Assembly: GCA_977020255.1 (NCBI GenBank)
Contig: CDROCS010000253.1
Span: forward strand, 3,038,001-3,102,000
DNA: 64,000 nucleotides
Source: Obrimoposthia wandeli
Lineage: Eukaryota
Direction: 5' to 3'
The notes under the pieces are model-generated. The model ran no database searches, was not told the origin of the DNA, and was given only the letters and a program-made list of their open reading frames with translations. The position numbers and the translations under genes are program-made. Every line of letters starts with the position of its first letter. The stretch's first letter is position 1. Shown here piece after piece: positions 1 through 10,782 of this stretch.

Positions 1-30
1 CGTAACATTTGTTGGTTTAACGAAGAATAA
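1..30 (+). CDS. nusA: 3' end of transcription factor NusA (partial)
   Basis: Frame 1 reads RNICWFNEE*, matching the NusA C-terminal RNICWF motif; lies directly upstream of infB. Confidence 0.85.
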   Translation, partial: RNICWFNEE

Positions 31-51
31 TAACACCGGAGAATAATATAG

Positions 52-2721
52 ATGGCAGATATAACTGTAGCAGAACTTGCCAAAGAAATCGGAACACCGG
101 TGGATCGCTTAGTCACTCAATTAGCTGACTCAGGCGTGAATAAATCGGCTACCGATGCTATTTCGCAAGATGAAAAAGAAGCCTTACTAGGTCACCTTAA
201 AAAGCAACATGGTGACGAGTCGGAAGCAAAACCTAATAAACTTACTTTAAACCGTAAGACTAAGTCTACTCTGACCATGGGTCACGGTAGTAAAGCTAAG
301 TCGGTTAATGTTGAAGTTCGCAAAAAACGCACTTACGTGAAACGTAGTGAAGTTGAAGATGAAAAAATTGCTGAAGAAGCAGCGAAAGCAGAAGCTGAAG
401 CAGCTATTTTAGCCGAAGCAGACGTTAAAGCTAAAGCAGAAGCTGCAGCGAAAGAAGCTGAAAACGAAAAAGGCGTAGCAGCAGCTAAAGCTGAAGTTGA
501 AGCCGAGCGTAAAGCTGAAGCGAAAGTTGAAGCAGCAGCGAAAGCAAAAACTGCCGCGGTAGAAAAAGCTAAAAATGTTGAACAAGTACCTGAAAAAATT
601 GCTGAGACTGAAGAAGCGAAAAAACTTCGTTTAGCACAAGAAAAAGAAGCGGCAGCAAAAGTTGAAGCAGAAGCGGCAGAAGCGGCAGCAGCGGCTAAAA
701 AACTTGCTGAAGAAAATGAAGGTCGTTGGAAAGAGCAAGAAGCTGAACGTAAAGCAAAAGAAAAAGAAGTAGTACATTTAACTTCTTCGGTCTATGCACA
801 AGAAGCTGAAGATAAAAGTGATACGGCTGATGAAAGTGGCCGTCGACGTAAGAAGAAAAAGCCAGCTGATCGTAATGCTCGTGGTCGTAATAGTGGCCGT
901 GGTAAAGGTAAAACGTTATCTTCACCACAAAGTTTAAAACATGGTTTTACTAAACCTGTTGAAACTAAATTACAAGACATTCGTATCGGTGAAACAATTT
1001 CTGTTGCAGAACTTGCTAACAAAATGTCTAAGAAAGGCGCTGAAGTTGTTAAGGCAATGTTTAAATTGGGTGCTATGGCAACCATTAACCAAGTAATTGA
1101 CCAAGAAACCGCAGCACTTGTTGCTGAAGATATGGGCTTTGAAGTCGTACTTGTTAAAGAAAATGCTTTAGAAGAAGCGGTACTTGCTGATCGTAATGAT
1201 TCTGGTGAAGAGATTACTCGTGCGCCAGTTGTTACTATTATGGGTCACGTTGATCATGGTAAAACATCACTACTTGATCATATTCGTGAAGCGAAAGTAG
1301 CTGACGGTGAAGCCGGTGGTATTACTCAGCATATCGGTGCTTATCACGTAGAAACGGGTCATGGTATGATCACTTTCTTAGATACTCCTGGTCATGCTGC
1401 CTTTACTGCTATGCGCTCTCGTGGAGCAAAAGCAACAGATATTGTTGTTATTGTTGTTGCTGGTGATGATGGTGTTATGCCACAGACGATCGAAGCAATT
1501 CAACATGCTAAAGCCTCTGATGTGCCTATTATCATTGCTGTTAACAAAATGGATAAAGAAGGTGTTGATCCAGAGCGTGTTAAAAGTGAATTGTCACAAC
1601 ACGATGTACTTTCAGAAGAGTGGGGCGGTGAAGTTCAATTCTGTCACGTTTCAGCTAAAACTGGTTTAGGTATTGAAGAGCTTCTTGACTCTATATTGTT
1701 ACAATCTGAAGTATTAGAATTAACAGCTGTTGTCGATAAAATGGCAAGTGGTGTTGTGGTTGAGTCTAAATTAGATAAAGGCCGTGGCCCAGTAGCTACC
1801 GTACTCGTGCAAGAAGGTACTTTAAAGCAAGGTGATATTGTCCTTTGTGGTTTAGAATATGGCCGTGTTCGTGCAATGCGCGACGAAAATGGCAAAACTA
1901 TTCAATCAGCGGGTCCATCTATTCCAGTTGAAATTATCGGCTTAAGCGGTGTTCCAATTTCAGGCGATGAAGCGACTGTTGTTAAAGATGAAAAGAAAGC
2001 ACGTGAAGTTGCTTTATTCCGTCAAGGTAAATTCCGTGATGTGAAACTTGCTCGTCAACAAAAAGCTAAACTTGAAAATATGTTTGCTAGCATGGCAGAA
2101 GGCGATATTTCAGAAGTAAATGTTGTCATTAAGTCAGATGTTCAAGGTTCACTTGAAGCAATCAGCGATTCATTACTTAAACTTTCAACTGATGAAGTTA
2201 AAGTTAAAATCATTGGTTCAGGTGTTGGTGCTATCACTGAAACAGATGCAACACTAGCGGCTGCTTCTAATGCCATTGTTGTTGGTTTCAATGTTCGTGC
2301 TGATGTTTCAGCGCGTAAAGTTATTGAAGCAGAAAACATCGATTTACGTTACTACAGTGTTATCTATGCGTTAATTGAAGAAGTTAAACAAGCCATGAGT
2401 GGCATGTTAGCACCAGAATTCAAGCAAGAAATCATTGGTCTAGCGCAAGTTCGTGATGTGTTTAAGTCTCCAAAAATCGGTGCTATTGCTGGTTGTATGG
2501 TTACTGAAGGTATTATCAAGCGTAGTGCACCAATTCGTGTATTACGTGATAATATTGTTATTTACGAAGGTGAACTTGAATCATTACGTCGCTTTAAAGA
2601 TGACGTTCAAGAAGTTCGTAACGGTATTGAATGTGGTATCGGTGTTAAGAACTACAATGATGTACGTGTTGGTGATCAGATCGAAGTATTTGAAACAATC
2701 GAAATCAAGCGTTCATTATAA
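52..2721 (+). CDS. infB: Translation initiation factor IF-2
   Basis: GTPase motifs [24 protein letters not shown]; A/E/K-rich N-terminal linker; nusA-infB-rbfA-truB order. Confidence 0.99.
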   Translation: MADITVAELAKEIGTPVDRLVTQLADSGVNKSATDAISQDEKEALLGHLKKQHGDESEAKPNKLTLNRKTKSTLTMGHGSKAKSVNVEVRKKRTYVKRSEVEDEKIAEEAAKAEAEAAILAEADVKAKAEAAAKEAENEKGVAAAKAEVEAERKAEAKVEAAAKAKTAAVEKAKNVEQVPEKIAETEEAKKLRLAQEKEAAAKVEAEAAEAAAAAKKLAEENEGRWKEQEAERKAKEKEVVHLTSSVYAQEAEDKSDTADESGRRRKKKKPADRNARGRNSGRGKGKTLSSPQSLKHGFTKPVETKLQDIRIGETISVAELANKMSKKGAEVVKAMFKLGAMATINQVIDQETAALVAEDMGFEVVLVKENALEEAVLADRNDSGEEITRAPVVTIMGHVDHGKTSLLDHIREAKVADGEAGGITQHIGAYHVETGHGMITFLDTPGHAAFTAMRSRGAKATDIVVIVVAGDDGVMPQTIEAIQHAKASDVPIIIAVNKMDKEGVDPERVKSELSQHDVLSEEWGGEVQFCHVSAKTGLGIEELLDSILLQSEVLELTAVVDKMASGVVVESKLDKGRGPVATVLVQEGTLKQGDIVLCGLEYGRVRAMRDENGKTIQSAGPSIPVEIIGLSGVPISGDEATVVKDEKKAREVALFRQGKFRDVKLARQQKAKLENMFASMAEGDISEVNVVIKSDVQGSLEAISDSLLKLSTDEVKVKIIGSGVGAITETDATLAAASNAIVVGFNVRADVSARKVIEAENIDLRYYSVIYALIEEVKQAMSGMLAPEFKQEIIGLAQVRDVFKSPKIGAIAGCMVTEGIIKRSAPIRVLRDNIVIYEGELESLRRFKDDVQEVRNGIECGIGVKNYNDVRVGDQIEVFETIEIKRSL

Positions 2722-2734
2722 CTAGTATCTCATT

Positions 2735-2818
2735 GCTAGTCGGAACAACTATTGCGTTGGAAGTACTTATTGACATGCGTCAACTCCGTGCTTCCGCCTT
2801 ATATTTGAACCAACTAGC
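2735..2818. repeat. Nested palindromic intergenic element
   Basis: GCTAGTCGGAACAA/TTGAACCAACTAGC outer arms, GGAAGTAC/GTGCTTCC middle arms, TTGAC-ATGC-GTCAA inner hairpin. Confidence 0.55.
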
Positions 2819-2844
2819 TTCGAGCTAATAGTTAACTATTTTTC

Positions 2845-2866
2845 AAAAGGGGCTTATGCCCCTTTT
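2845..2866 (+). terminator. Intrinsic terminator-like hairpin after infB
   Basis: AAAAGGGGC-TTAT-GCCCCTTTT. Confidence 0.8.
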
Positions 2867-2923
2867 GTGTTAATTATTGATAATTGAAAGTTGTTGTAAA
2901 TAACAGCTTCATAGGAGTATACG

Positions 2924-3355
2924 ATGGCTAGAGAATATGCCCGTACTGACCGTGTAGGTCAGCAAATCCAAAAAGAAATCGCGACTATTTTAATGCGCGA
3001 AATTAAAGACCCTCGTTTAAGCATGACAACTGTATCAGCTGTCGAAGTTACTCGTGATTTAGCTTACGCTAAGATTTTTGTAACGTTCTTTAATGACAAT
3101 CAAGATGAAATCAAAGCCTCGTTAGAAGTATTAGCAGAAGCTGAAGGTTACATCCGTTCATTGTTAGGTAAACGTTTACGTGCTCGCATTATGCCGCATT
3201 TACGCTTTGTTTATGATAGCTCAATGAGTGAAGGTGTTCGTATGAGCGCTTTGGTAGACCAAGCTGTTGCGAGTGATAAGAACCATGATACACAAGTTGA
3301 CGATGCACAGGTTGACGACGAAAAAAGTGTTGATAGTGAGCAGGACGAGTCATAA
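2924..3355 (+). CDS. rbfA: Ribosome-binding factor A
   Basis: MAREYARTDRVGQQIQKE, VTRDLAYAKIFVT, RIMPHLRFVYD; position in operon. Confidence 0.98.
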   Translation: MAREYARTDRVGQQIQKEIATILMREIKDPRLSMTTVSAVEVTRDLAYAKIFVTFFNDNQDEIKASLEVLAEAEGYIRSLLGKRLRARIMPHLRFVYDSSMSEGVRMSALVDQAVASDKNHDTQVDDAQVDDEKSVDSEQDES

Positions 3356-4303
3356 ATGGCTAAACGTAGAAAAGGCCGGGCAATAAATGGCGTGCTGTTA
3401 TTAGATAAGCCACATGGCTTGTCATCTAACCATGCTTTACAATCGGTTAAGCGTATATATTTTGCTCAAAAAGCGGGTCATACGGGCGCATTAGACCCTT
3501 TGGCAACCGGTATGTTACCCATTTGTTTGGGTGAGGGAACTAAATTCTCACAGTACTTACTTGATACAGATAAAACCTATCAAGTAACAGCCAAGCTAGG
3601 TATTCGTACTACAACTAGTGATGCAGGTGGTGAAGTTGTCAGTGAGAAAGAAGTCGATGTATCAGAGGAACAACTTGCTGATGCTTTAGATAGCTTTCGT
3701 GGCACGACCAAGCAAGTTCCATCAATGTATTCGGCACTTAAACATCAAGGTCAGCCGCTGTATAAATATGCAAGAGAAGGTATTGAAGTACCACGTGAAG
3801 CACGTGATATTACCGTATTTAATCTTGAATTATTACGCTTTGAGCATGATGAAGTCGAATTGAATATCCATGTATCTAAAGGTACTTATATTCGAACAAT
3901 CGTTGATGATCTAGGTGAGTTATTAGGTTGTGGAGCACACGTGGCACACCTTAGACGTTCTGCGGTTGGTAATTATCCAATAGACAAAATGATAACGTTG
4001 CCTGAGCTTGAAGCATTACTTGAACAAGCGAATGAAGATGAAATAACACCTTCTGATGTGCTTGACCCATTATTACTGCCGATGAATAGTGCGGTAGATG
4101 GTATGCACTGCGTATACGTTGATGATATGTCTGCTAATTTTTTACGCCACGGTAATCCGGTACAAGCTTATAACCAGCCTGAAGCGGGCAGTGTTCAAGT
4201 GTACCTTGGCGACGATGAAAATGATGTAAACGCTGAATTTATTGGCGTAGGTTTTATCAATGATGATGGTTTAGTTGCACCTAAACGTATCGTTGTTCTA
4301 TAA
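3356..4303 (+). CDS. truB: tRNA pseudouridine(55) synthase
   Basis: [23 protein letters not shown] motifs. Confidence 0.99.
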   Translation: MAKRRKGRAINGVLLLDKPHGLSSNHALQSVKRIYFAQKAGHTGALDPLATGMLPICLGEGTKFSQYLLDTDKTYQVTAKLGIRTTTSDAGGEVVSEKEVDVSEEQLADALDSFRGTTKQVPSMYSALKHQGQPLYKYAREGIEVPREARDITVFNLELLRFEHDEVELNIHVSKGTYIRTIVDDLGELLGCGAHVAHLRRSAVGNYPIDKMITLPELEALLEQANEDEITPSDVLDPLLLPMNSAVDGMHCVYVDDMSANFLRHGNPVQAYNQPEAGSVQVYLGDDENDVNAEFIGVGFINDDGLVAPKRIVVL

Positions 4304-4340
4304 AACGTCACATAAAAGCGTCAAAGCTGGCAGTAACTTC

Positions 4341-4368
4341 TTGCTTTTTAGTTATTGACTGCTAGAAT
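4341..4368 (+). promoter_or_regulatory. Putative sigma70 promoter of rpsO
   Basis: TTGCTT-N16-TAGAAT followed by GC-rich ACGCGC discriminator. Confidence 0.55.
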
Positions 4369-4382
4369 ACGCGCTCTTTCGT

Positions 4383-4441
4383 CATCAAAGCTAAATTAGT
4401 GTTTGGCTTGATGCGTATTTTAATCACTCTTAACTCACTAA
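4383..4441 (+). promoter_or_regulatory. S15 (rpsO) autoregulatory leader, pseudoknot type
   Basis: GCTAAATTAGTGTTTGGC resembles the enteric S15 leader GCTGAATTAGAGATCGGC; loop TTAGTG can pair with CACTAA at 4436-4441. Confidence 0.65.
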
Positions 4442-4492
4442 TATTATATTAAATAATATTGAGGGTAGGGTTAACACACTAAGGATTTTATA

Positions 4493-4762
4493 ATGTCTTT
4501 AAATGCTACAGAAAAAGCTGCAATCGTTGCAGAATATGCTCAATCAGAAGGTGATACTGGTTCTCCAGAAGTTCAAGTTGCTTTGTTAACTGCACAAATC
4601 AACCACCTACAAGGTCACTTCAAAGAGCACATCCATGATCACCATTCACGTCGTGGTTTATTACGCATGGTTGCACAACGTCGTAAATTACTTGATTACC
4701 TTAAAGGTAAGAACGTTGAACGTTATACTGCAGCAATCGCTAAATTAGGTCTACGTCGTTAA
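4493..4762 (+). CDS. rpsO: 30S ribosomal protein S15
   Basis: [31 protein letters not shown]. Confidence 0.99.
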   Translation: MSLNATEKAAIVAEYAQSEGDTGSPEVQVALLTAQINHLQGHFKEHIHDHHSRRGLLRMVAQRRKLLDYLKGKNVERYTAAIAKLGLRR

Positions 4763-4791
4763 TAAAACGATTTATACTTATTTTAGAGTAC

Positions 4792-4818
4792 AAAAAGGAG
4801 CCTGATGGCTCCTTTTTT
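4792..4818 (+). terminator. Intrinsic terminator after rpsO
   Basis: AAAAAGGAGCC-TGAT-GGCTCCTTTTTT. Confidence 0.9.
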
Positions 4819-5082
4819 GTTATTTAATTGTTGAAAAATGTTATTTAAGGCAAGAAAAAGCCTTTGAGGCTAGCATTCATCAGCTTAATTAGTATAATGA
4901 CTCTGAAAATTTCTCAATGGCTACTTTTTTGAGAGATTCTAAAAAATTAAACCAATCCAAACTGTATAATTTTTTGTTCGACTTATTTAGCTATTTTATT
5001 GATGAATAATTAATAATTATAGGTAAGTGAATAAATAATTGTACAGATTGGTGAATACATCTCATCCATTAAGGAACACTTT

Positions 5083-7197
5083 ATGTTCAATCAAGTTACA
5101 AAAACATTTCAATTCGGTAAGCATACCGTAACATTAGAAACTGGCGCTATCGCTCGTCAAGCATCAGCAGCTGTAATGGCAAGCATGGACGATACCTGTG
5201 TACTTGTTTCTGTTGTTGCTAAAAAAGAAGCTAAACCTGGACAGGATTTTTTCCCGTTAACAGTTAACTATCAAGAACGTGCATACGCTGCAGGTAAAAT
5301 TCCTGGTAGTTTCTTCAAACGTGAAGGTCGTCCTTCAGAAGAAGAAACACTTATCGCGCGTTTAATTGACCGTCCAATCCGTCCATTATTCCCAGAAGGT
5401 TTCACTAACGAAGTACAGGTAATTATTACTGTTGTTTCTGTTAACCCTGAAATTGCACCTGATATTATTTCTTTAATCGGAACTTCTGCTGCATTAGCTA
5501 TTTCAGGTGCACCATTTAGTGGTCCTGTTGGCGCAGCACGTGTTGGTTATGTTGATGGTCAATACATCCTTAACCCACTACAATCTGAACTTCCTGCAAG
5601 TCAATTAGATCTAGTTGTATCTGGTACTGATTCTGCTGTATTAATGGTTGAGTCTGAAGCAGATGTATTATCTGAAGAAGTAATGCTTGGCGCTGTTGTC
5701 TATGGCCATGAGCAAATGCAAGTAGCTGTTTCAGCAATCAAAGAATTTAAAGCAGAAGTTAATACTCCTTCTTGGAACTGGGAAGCTCCAGTTAAAAATG
5801 CTGAGTTATTAGCTAAAATTGCTGAGTTAAGTGAAGCACAAGTAAACGAAGCTTATCAAATTACTGAAAAAGCTGTTCGTTATGAAAAAATCAAAGAAAT
5901 CCGCAACACAGTAATTGAAACGTTATTAGCACAAGATGCTGATCTTGACGTTCAAGATGCTAAAGATTTATTCCATGATTTAGAAAAAACTGTTGTACGT
6001 GGTCGTATTACAGATGGCAACCCTCGTATTGATGGTCGCGATCCTGAGTCAATTCGTGCGTTAGATGTAATGACAGGTGTATTACCAAGAACTCATGGTT
6101 CAGCAGTATTTACACGTGGTGAAACTCAAGCATTAGTTACAGCGACACTTGGTACTCAACGTGATGCACAACGTCTTGATACCTTAATGGGTGATAAAAC
6201 TGACCCATTCATGCTTCATTACAACTTCCCTCCATATTGTGTAGGTGAAACTGGATTCGTTGGTAGCCCTAAGCGTCGTGAAATTGGCCATGGCCGTTTA
6301 GCGAAACGTGGTATGTTAGCGGTTATGCCTTCACTTGAAGAATTCCCGTATGCAGTACGTGTTGTTTCTGAAATCACTGAATCAAATGGTTCATCTTCAA
6401 TGGCTTCAGTATGTGGTACTTCATTAGCACTTATGGATGCTGGTGTTCCAATTAAAGCTTCTGTTGCTGGTATCGCAATGGGTCTTGTTAAAGAAGGCGA
6501 AAAATTCGTTGTTCTTTCTGACATTTTAGGTGATGAAGATCACTTAGGTGACATGGACTTTAAAGTAGCCGGTACTACTGGTGGTATTACTGCACTTCAA
6601 ATGGACATTAAAATTGAAGGCATTACTCAAGAAATCATGCAAATTGCTTTAAACCAAGCAAAAGCTGCACGTACTCACATATTATCTGTTATGGATGAAG
6701 CTATCGGTGGACACAGAGATGACATCTCTGAATTCGCTCCTCGCATTCATACCATGAAAGTAAGCCAAGATAAGATCCGTGACATCATTGGTAAAGGCGG
6801 CGCAACTATTCGTCAACTTACTGAAGAAACGGGTACTACTATTGAAATCGAAGATGATGGCACAGTTAAAATTGCTGCAACATCTAGCGAACAAGCTGAA
6901 GATGCTATCAACCGTATTAAAGCATTAACGGCTGAAATTGAAGTAGGTACACTTTACACAGGTAAAGTAGTGCGTATCGTTGATTTCGGTGCATTTGTTA
7001 ATGTACTTCCAGGTAAAGATGGTTTAGTACACATTTCTCAAATCTCTGAAGAGCGCGTTAATAACGTAAGCGAAGTCTTAACAGAAGGTCAAGAAGTGAA
7101 AGTTAAAGTACTAGAAGTTGATCGTCAAGGCCGTGTACGTTTAAGTATTAAAGAAGCTATGGAAAAACCAGCAACAACAGAAGCTGCTGCTGAGTAA
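5083..7197 (+). CDS. pnp: Polyribonucleotide nucleotidyltransferase
   Basis: [27 protein letters not shown]; KH and S1 domains. Confidence 0.99.
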   Translation: MFNQVTKTFQFGKHTVTLETGAIARQASAAVMASMDDTCVLVSVVAKKEAKPGQDFFPLTVNYQERAYAAGKIPGSFFKREGRPSEEETLIARLIDRPIRPLFPEGFTNEVQVIITVVSVNPEIAPDIISLIGTSAALAISGAPFSGPVGAARVGYVDGQYILNPLQSELPASQLDLVVSGTDSAVLMVESEADVLSEEVMLGAVVYGHEQMQVAVSAIKEFKAEVNTPSWNWEAPVKNAELLAKIAELSEAQVNEAYQITEKAVRYEKIKEIRNTVIETLLAQDADLDVQDAKDLFHDLEKTVVRGRITDGNPRIDGRDPESIRALDVMTGVLPRTHGSAVFTRGETQALVTATLGTQRDAQRLDTLMGDKTDPFMLHYNFPPYCVGETGFVGSPKRREIGHGRLAKRGMLAVMPSLEEFPYAVRVVSEITESNGSSSMASVCGTSLALMDAGVPIKASVAGIAMGLVKEGEKFVVLSDILGDEDHLGDMDFKVAGTTGGITALQMDIKIEGITQEIMQIALNQAKAARTHILSVMDEAIGGHRDDISEFAPRIHTMKVSQDKIRDIIGKGGATIRQLTEETGTTIEIEDDGTVKIAATSSEQAEDAINRIKALTAEIEVGTLYTGKVVRIVDFGAFVNVLPGKDGLVHISQISEERVNNVSEVLTEGQEVKVKVLEVDRQGRVRLSIKEAMEKPATTEAAAE

Positions 7198-7244
7198 TTA
7201 TGTAAAGTAATAGTTTAGTAAAAAACTTTTACATTTCATTAAGT

Positions 7245-7272
7245 AAAAAAGGAGCCATAAGGCTCCTTTTTT
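7245..7272 (+). terminator. Intrinsic terminator after pnp
   Basis: AAAAAAGGAGCC-ATAA-GGCTCCTTTTTT. Confidence 0.9.
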
Positions 7273-7323
7273 GTTTATAATGAAATATTCTCATTGTTAC
7301 TTATTTATTTATAAGGCTTTTTT

Positions 7324-8241
7324 GTGCATTCACTTATCAAAACAATTCTTCTAACTTTACTCTTGAGTAGTACACTGTTGGCACAAGGCTGTGCCTCAAT
7401 TCAGGGAGAGAATAGCAATAATACTTCCTCATCAATAATGAATAATATTGTGATAGCTGAACCACTGATGATTAACTTTAAGAGTGAAATAGCTATTGCA
7501 CGTTTATCTGAAGTGATAAATAGGGCGAAAATAACTGACGAACAAAGAGCACAGTTATTTTATGACCGTGGTGTTTTGTACGACAGCGTTGGTTTACGAT
7601 CGTTAGCAAGATTTGATTTCTCCCATGCTTTACAACTTAAGCCAGACTTAATTGACGCTTATAACTTTTTAGGCATTCATTACACGCAATTGCAAGAATT
7701 TGCCCAAGCCTATGAAAAATTTGATTCGGCATTAGATTTAGCGCCAGAGCATGAGTATGCATACCTTAATAGAGGTATAGCACTTTACTATGGTTCTAGA
7801 CCAGAGCTTGCCAGTATTGACTTTAAAGCCTTTCATCAAAAGCAGCAAGATGATCCATATCGTTTATTGTGGTTGTATTTAACTGAGCATGAAATTGACC
7901 CTCTTGCGGCAAAGTACTCATTAAAACAACGAGCAAAGTTAGTTGATGATCGCACATGGGCTAAACAGATTATTTCCCTTTACCTAGATGAAATATCGCA
8001 AGGTGAATTTGTGAACAATTTAATAAAAAATGTTAAATCAAATAAAGAACTGACTGAGCGTTTATGTGAAGCCTATTTTTATTTAGGTAAGTATAATCAA
8101 ACGTTAGGCTATCGCGGTAGCGCTTCGAATTACTTTAAGCTTGCATTAAGTACCAATGTTTATGAATTTGTTGAACATAGATACGCAAAGCTTGAATTAG
8201 ATTTGATGCGTACACAAACAGCTATTAATACTCAACCCTAA
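7324..8241 (+). CDS. nlpI: TPR lipoprotein NlpI
   Basis: Lipobox LAQGC, TPR motifs (YDRGVLYDSVGL, YNFLGIHY), C-terminal TNVYEFVEHRYA; follows pnp. Confidence 0.95.
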   Translation: MHSLIKTILLTLLLSSTLLAQGCASIQGENSNNTSSSIMNNIVIAEPLMINFKSEIAIARLSEVINRAKITDEQRAQLFYDRGVLYDSVGLRSLARFDFSHALQLKPDLIDAYNFLGIHYTQLQEFAQAYEKFDSALDLAPEHEYAYLNRGIALYYGSRPELASIDFKAFHQKQQDDPYRLLWLYLTEHEIDPLAAKYSLKQRAKLVDDRTWAKQIISLYLDEISQGEFVNNLIKNVKSNKELTERLCEAYFYLGKYNQTLGYRGSASNYFKLALSTNVYEFVEHRYAKLELDLMRTQTAINTQP

Positions 8242-8265
8242 TTAATGAGCTATTGAGTTAGTAAA

Positions 8266-9909
8266 GTGCGTGTTAATAAAATCTCCTTTATCATATTAGT
8301 AATGAGCTTGATGTCTTTGTCATCAAGCTCATTTTTTTTGTCTACGTATTTAACAAAGCAACTAAGTGATAGTTATTACCGCGTAGGCCAATTAACTTTT
8401 GCACTCAAACATAATCATATTAGTGCATTAACTATTGAAGAAAAAAAAGCTGATTTAGGTAGTCTTTACTGGCTCACTCTTAATCGAGAGTTGGCGAAAA
8501 GCCAAAAAAATTCAGCATTAAAACTTGGCAATTGGTACCAAAAAAAAGCGAAACAAGAATCAAACGAGATATTGATTAATAAAGCTATTATGTGGTTTGA
8601 ACAAGCGATTCGCTTAGGATCACAACAAGCTGCTTTCACTCTAGCCCAGTTATATTTTCAACAAAAGCAGATCACGAAAGCACAGATGATATTAAGGGTA
8701 TTGCCTGATGTATTGCCAGATAATTATTTAGCTGAAGCCGTGCTACTGTTGCGTATAAATATGGCTATTGAATTAGGTGAGGTTGCGCTAGTTAAATCAT
8801 TATTAAATTCTGATGTGTTTAAGCTCTCTGACAATACTCAAATTCACCGTTTATTGGCGGATATAGATAAATATTTAGTCGTTAGTGATAAACAAGCATT
8901 AGTAAGTAGTCCTAAAAGTAAAGTAGAGATTAATTACGACAACTCATCAACATGCATTACTAGTTTACAATTATTTGCCACCAACCTTAAACATTTGACA
9001 CATATTGAACAACTGATTAAAGACTTTCGAGCGCAACAACCTCTTGCAGAGTATATATGCCTTCCGACCCCTCGATATATTAGTATTAAACAGCTTGATT
9101 GTATGGCTCAAGCACAACACGCTATTTCATGTGATGAATTACGCTGGGAAAGTGTAGCGAAAGAAGTTAATACTCGACATATAGGTTTAATGTTAAATGA
9201 AGGCGGGGCTAACGTACACCTAGGCATATTATATTTTGATGCTCAAGATAATGCCGATGTCTTTAGCCATGAAGTAAGTCATTTACTCGGGTTTGTTGAT
9301 GAGTATCCATTAATCAAAGGACACGACAAATGCCAAGGGATACAATCGAAACCATTTTCACATAATATCGCGGTGTTAAAAAATTATTACCAAGGAGATC
9401 AGCTAGCGTTAAGGGCAAGACTATTGATGAATATACCATGGGCTTATAACATCAATGCGAGCACTCCTATTTTGCAAGCCGTGTATGCAGGGGCAAACAA
9501 AGAAAAGTATTGGCGTTTAGGAACACCGATAAAATATAAAAATAAAATAGGTGTCCATATATCTGAAAGCTGTCAAAAATCTATTTCAACCGATAGCTCC
9601 ATCGATAACTTAGCCGATAATTCAACCGATAATTTAACATTAAGTCATATCGAGTTAGCTTACAGCTCTTTTAAGCCATTAAGCCGACATACTCAACTAA
9701 GGTATTTTACTGATGATTTTCCAGAAGAATACCTTACTTTACTAGAGGTCATGCCATCTACTTTTTTGATGCCTAGTTTTCATTACAACATTGCCTTGGC
9801 TTTATATAAACAAGGCCATATTACGAGTGCAAAGCACTGGCTCGGACAAGCTGCAAAATGGGAAGACGATCCTTTTAGGAAAAAAAATATATTGCAAGGA
9901 GGGTTTTAA
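8266..9909 (+). CDS. N-terminally anchored Sel1/TPR protein with zinc-metallopeptidase motif
   Basis: Hydrophobic N-terminus; Sel1-like WFEQAIRLGSQQAAFTLAQLY; FSHEVSHLLGFVDEY (HExxH...DEY); multiple Cys. Confidence 0.65.
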   Translation: MRVNKISFIILVMSLMSLSSSSFFLSTYLTKQLSDSYYRVGQLTFALKHNHISALTIEEKKADLGSLYWLTLNRELAKSQKNSALKLGNWYQKKAKQESNEILINKAIMWFEQAIRLGSQQAAFTLAQLYFQQKQITKAQMILRVLPDVLPDNYLAEAVLLLRINMAIELGEVALVKSLLNSDVFKLSDNTQIHRLLADIDKYLVVSDKQALVSSPKSKVEINYDNSSTCITSLQLFATNLKHLTHIEQLIKDFRAQQPLAEYICLPTPRYISIKQLDCMAQAQHAISCDELRWESVAKEVNTRHIGLMLNEGGANVHLGILYFDAQDNADVFSHEVSHLLGFVDEYPLIKGHDKCQGIQSKPFSHNIAVLKNYYQGDQLALRARLLMNIPWAYNINASTPILQAVYAGANKEKYWRLGTPIKYKNKIGVHISESCQKSISTDSSIDNLADNSTDNLTLSHIELAYSSFKPLSRHTQLRYFTDDFPEEYLTLLEVMPSTFLMPSFHYNIALALYKQGHITSAKHWLGQAAKWEDDPFRKKNILQGGF

Positions 9910-9932
9910 GCGTTAATATCAAATAACTTAAG

Positions 9933-10307
9933 TTACGGGATTTTCTTTATTACTACTATTTTGTTAACTTGATTCGCTTTATTAATAACCTTAACTACTT
10001 TATCTTCAGCATGATTTATTGGCTGAAAAGTTACTCGCTTATTACGGGCAACATCTAAATAGACTAAAGAGTTTTTTTCTTGTGTTTTTTTTTGTTTAGC
10101 TTCGGTAATTGGCCATTGGGTAAAATTTTCTATGCATTTTACTTCTTGAGCTGCTCTTTTACATTTCAACTTGAGGTTATATTTAAAATTAGCGTTTACT
10201 GCTTGAGCGTACTTGGTCTTTTCTTGTTTGGGCGCTACCGCTTTATTTGAAGATAAAAATTTACTAAAGCTGGCTTTGAGTTGGTAAAAGTATGAAAAAA
10301 AACTCAT
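9933..10307 (-). CDS. Hypothetical Lys-rich protein
   Basis: 124-aa ORF filling the intergenic space, convergent on the previous gene; no recognisable motif. Confidence 0.45.
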   Translation of the reverse strand: MSFFSYFYQLKASFSKFLSSNKAVAPKQEKTKYAQAVNANFKYNLKLKCKRAAQEVKCIENFTQWPITEAKQKKTQEKNSLVYLDVARNKRVTFQPINHAEDKVVKVINKANQVNKIVVIKKIP

Positions 10308-10486
10308 TTTGGAAACCCTTCATGAGGACACCTTATTAGTTATAGTTCAAATAGAACCCTTTACCCAATGTAGTTAAGGTTTATTTCCCCCTGCTAAGCA
10401 AGAGCAAAAAAACTTGTCCTGAACTAACTATTTAAATTACCGAGGGAAAGTAAGTTATAATAGAGATGTATTTTTTAACTTACTTT

Positions 10487-10752
10487 TATACCCAAGCCAC
10501 TTGAAGATGCAGGTTTCAGCTGGAATTAGAAACGCTTTTAGGCAAGGCATTGATTGAAGAGAATAGTTATTCTATTGTCGAAATCAATAACGTAGCATAA
10601 AGCGTTTCTAAACCAGCCCTATGGGGCCCCTGAGCAGCTTATGCTCTTCGTTGCCTCGTTTTTTAAGGGAATAACCCTTAATAAAATGAGGCGCCTTGAT
10701 CATAAATCGCTCAGTGGTCCTGAAATACGCAGCTTCAAGTGGCTTGGGTATA
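10487..10752. mobile_element. ERIC-like miniature inverted-repeat element, family A, full-length copy
   Basis: TATACCCAAGCCACTTGAAG ... CTTCAAGTGGCTTGGGTATA termini; homologous to 40559, 43965, 57131; a second terminus TATACCCAAGCCAC abuts it at 10751-10764. Confidence 0.85.
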
Positions 10753-10782
10753 TACCCAAGCCACTCTTAGCATGAGCCTTTT

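Noticed and set aside
300-760. Low-complexity A/E/K repeats in infB
   Set aside because: Normal IF-2 N-terminal linker
8441-8547. A7-A8 runs as phase-variation tracts in the metallopeptidase gene
   Set aside because: Such runs are expected in Lys codons of an AT-rich genome and the frame is intact
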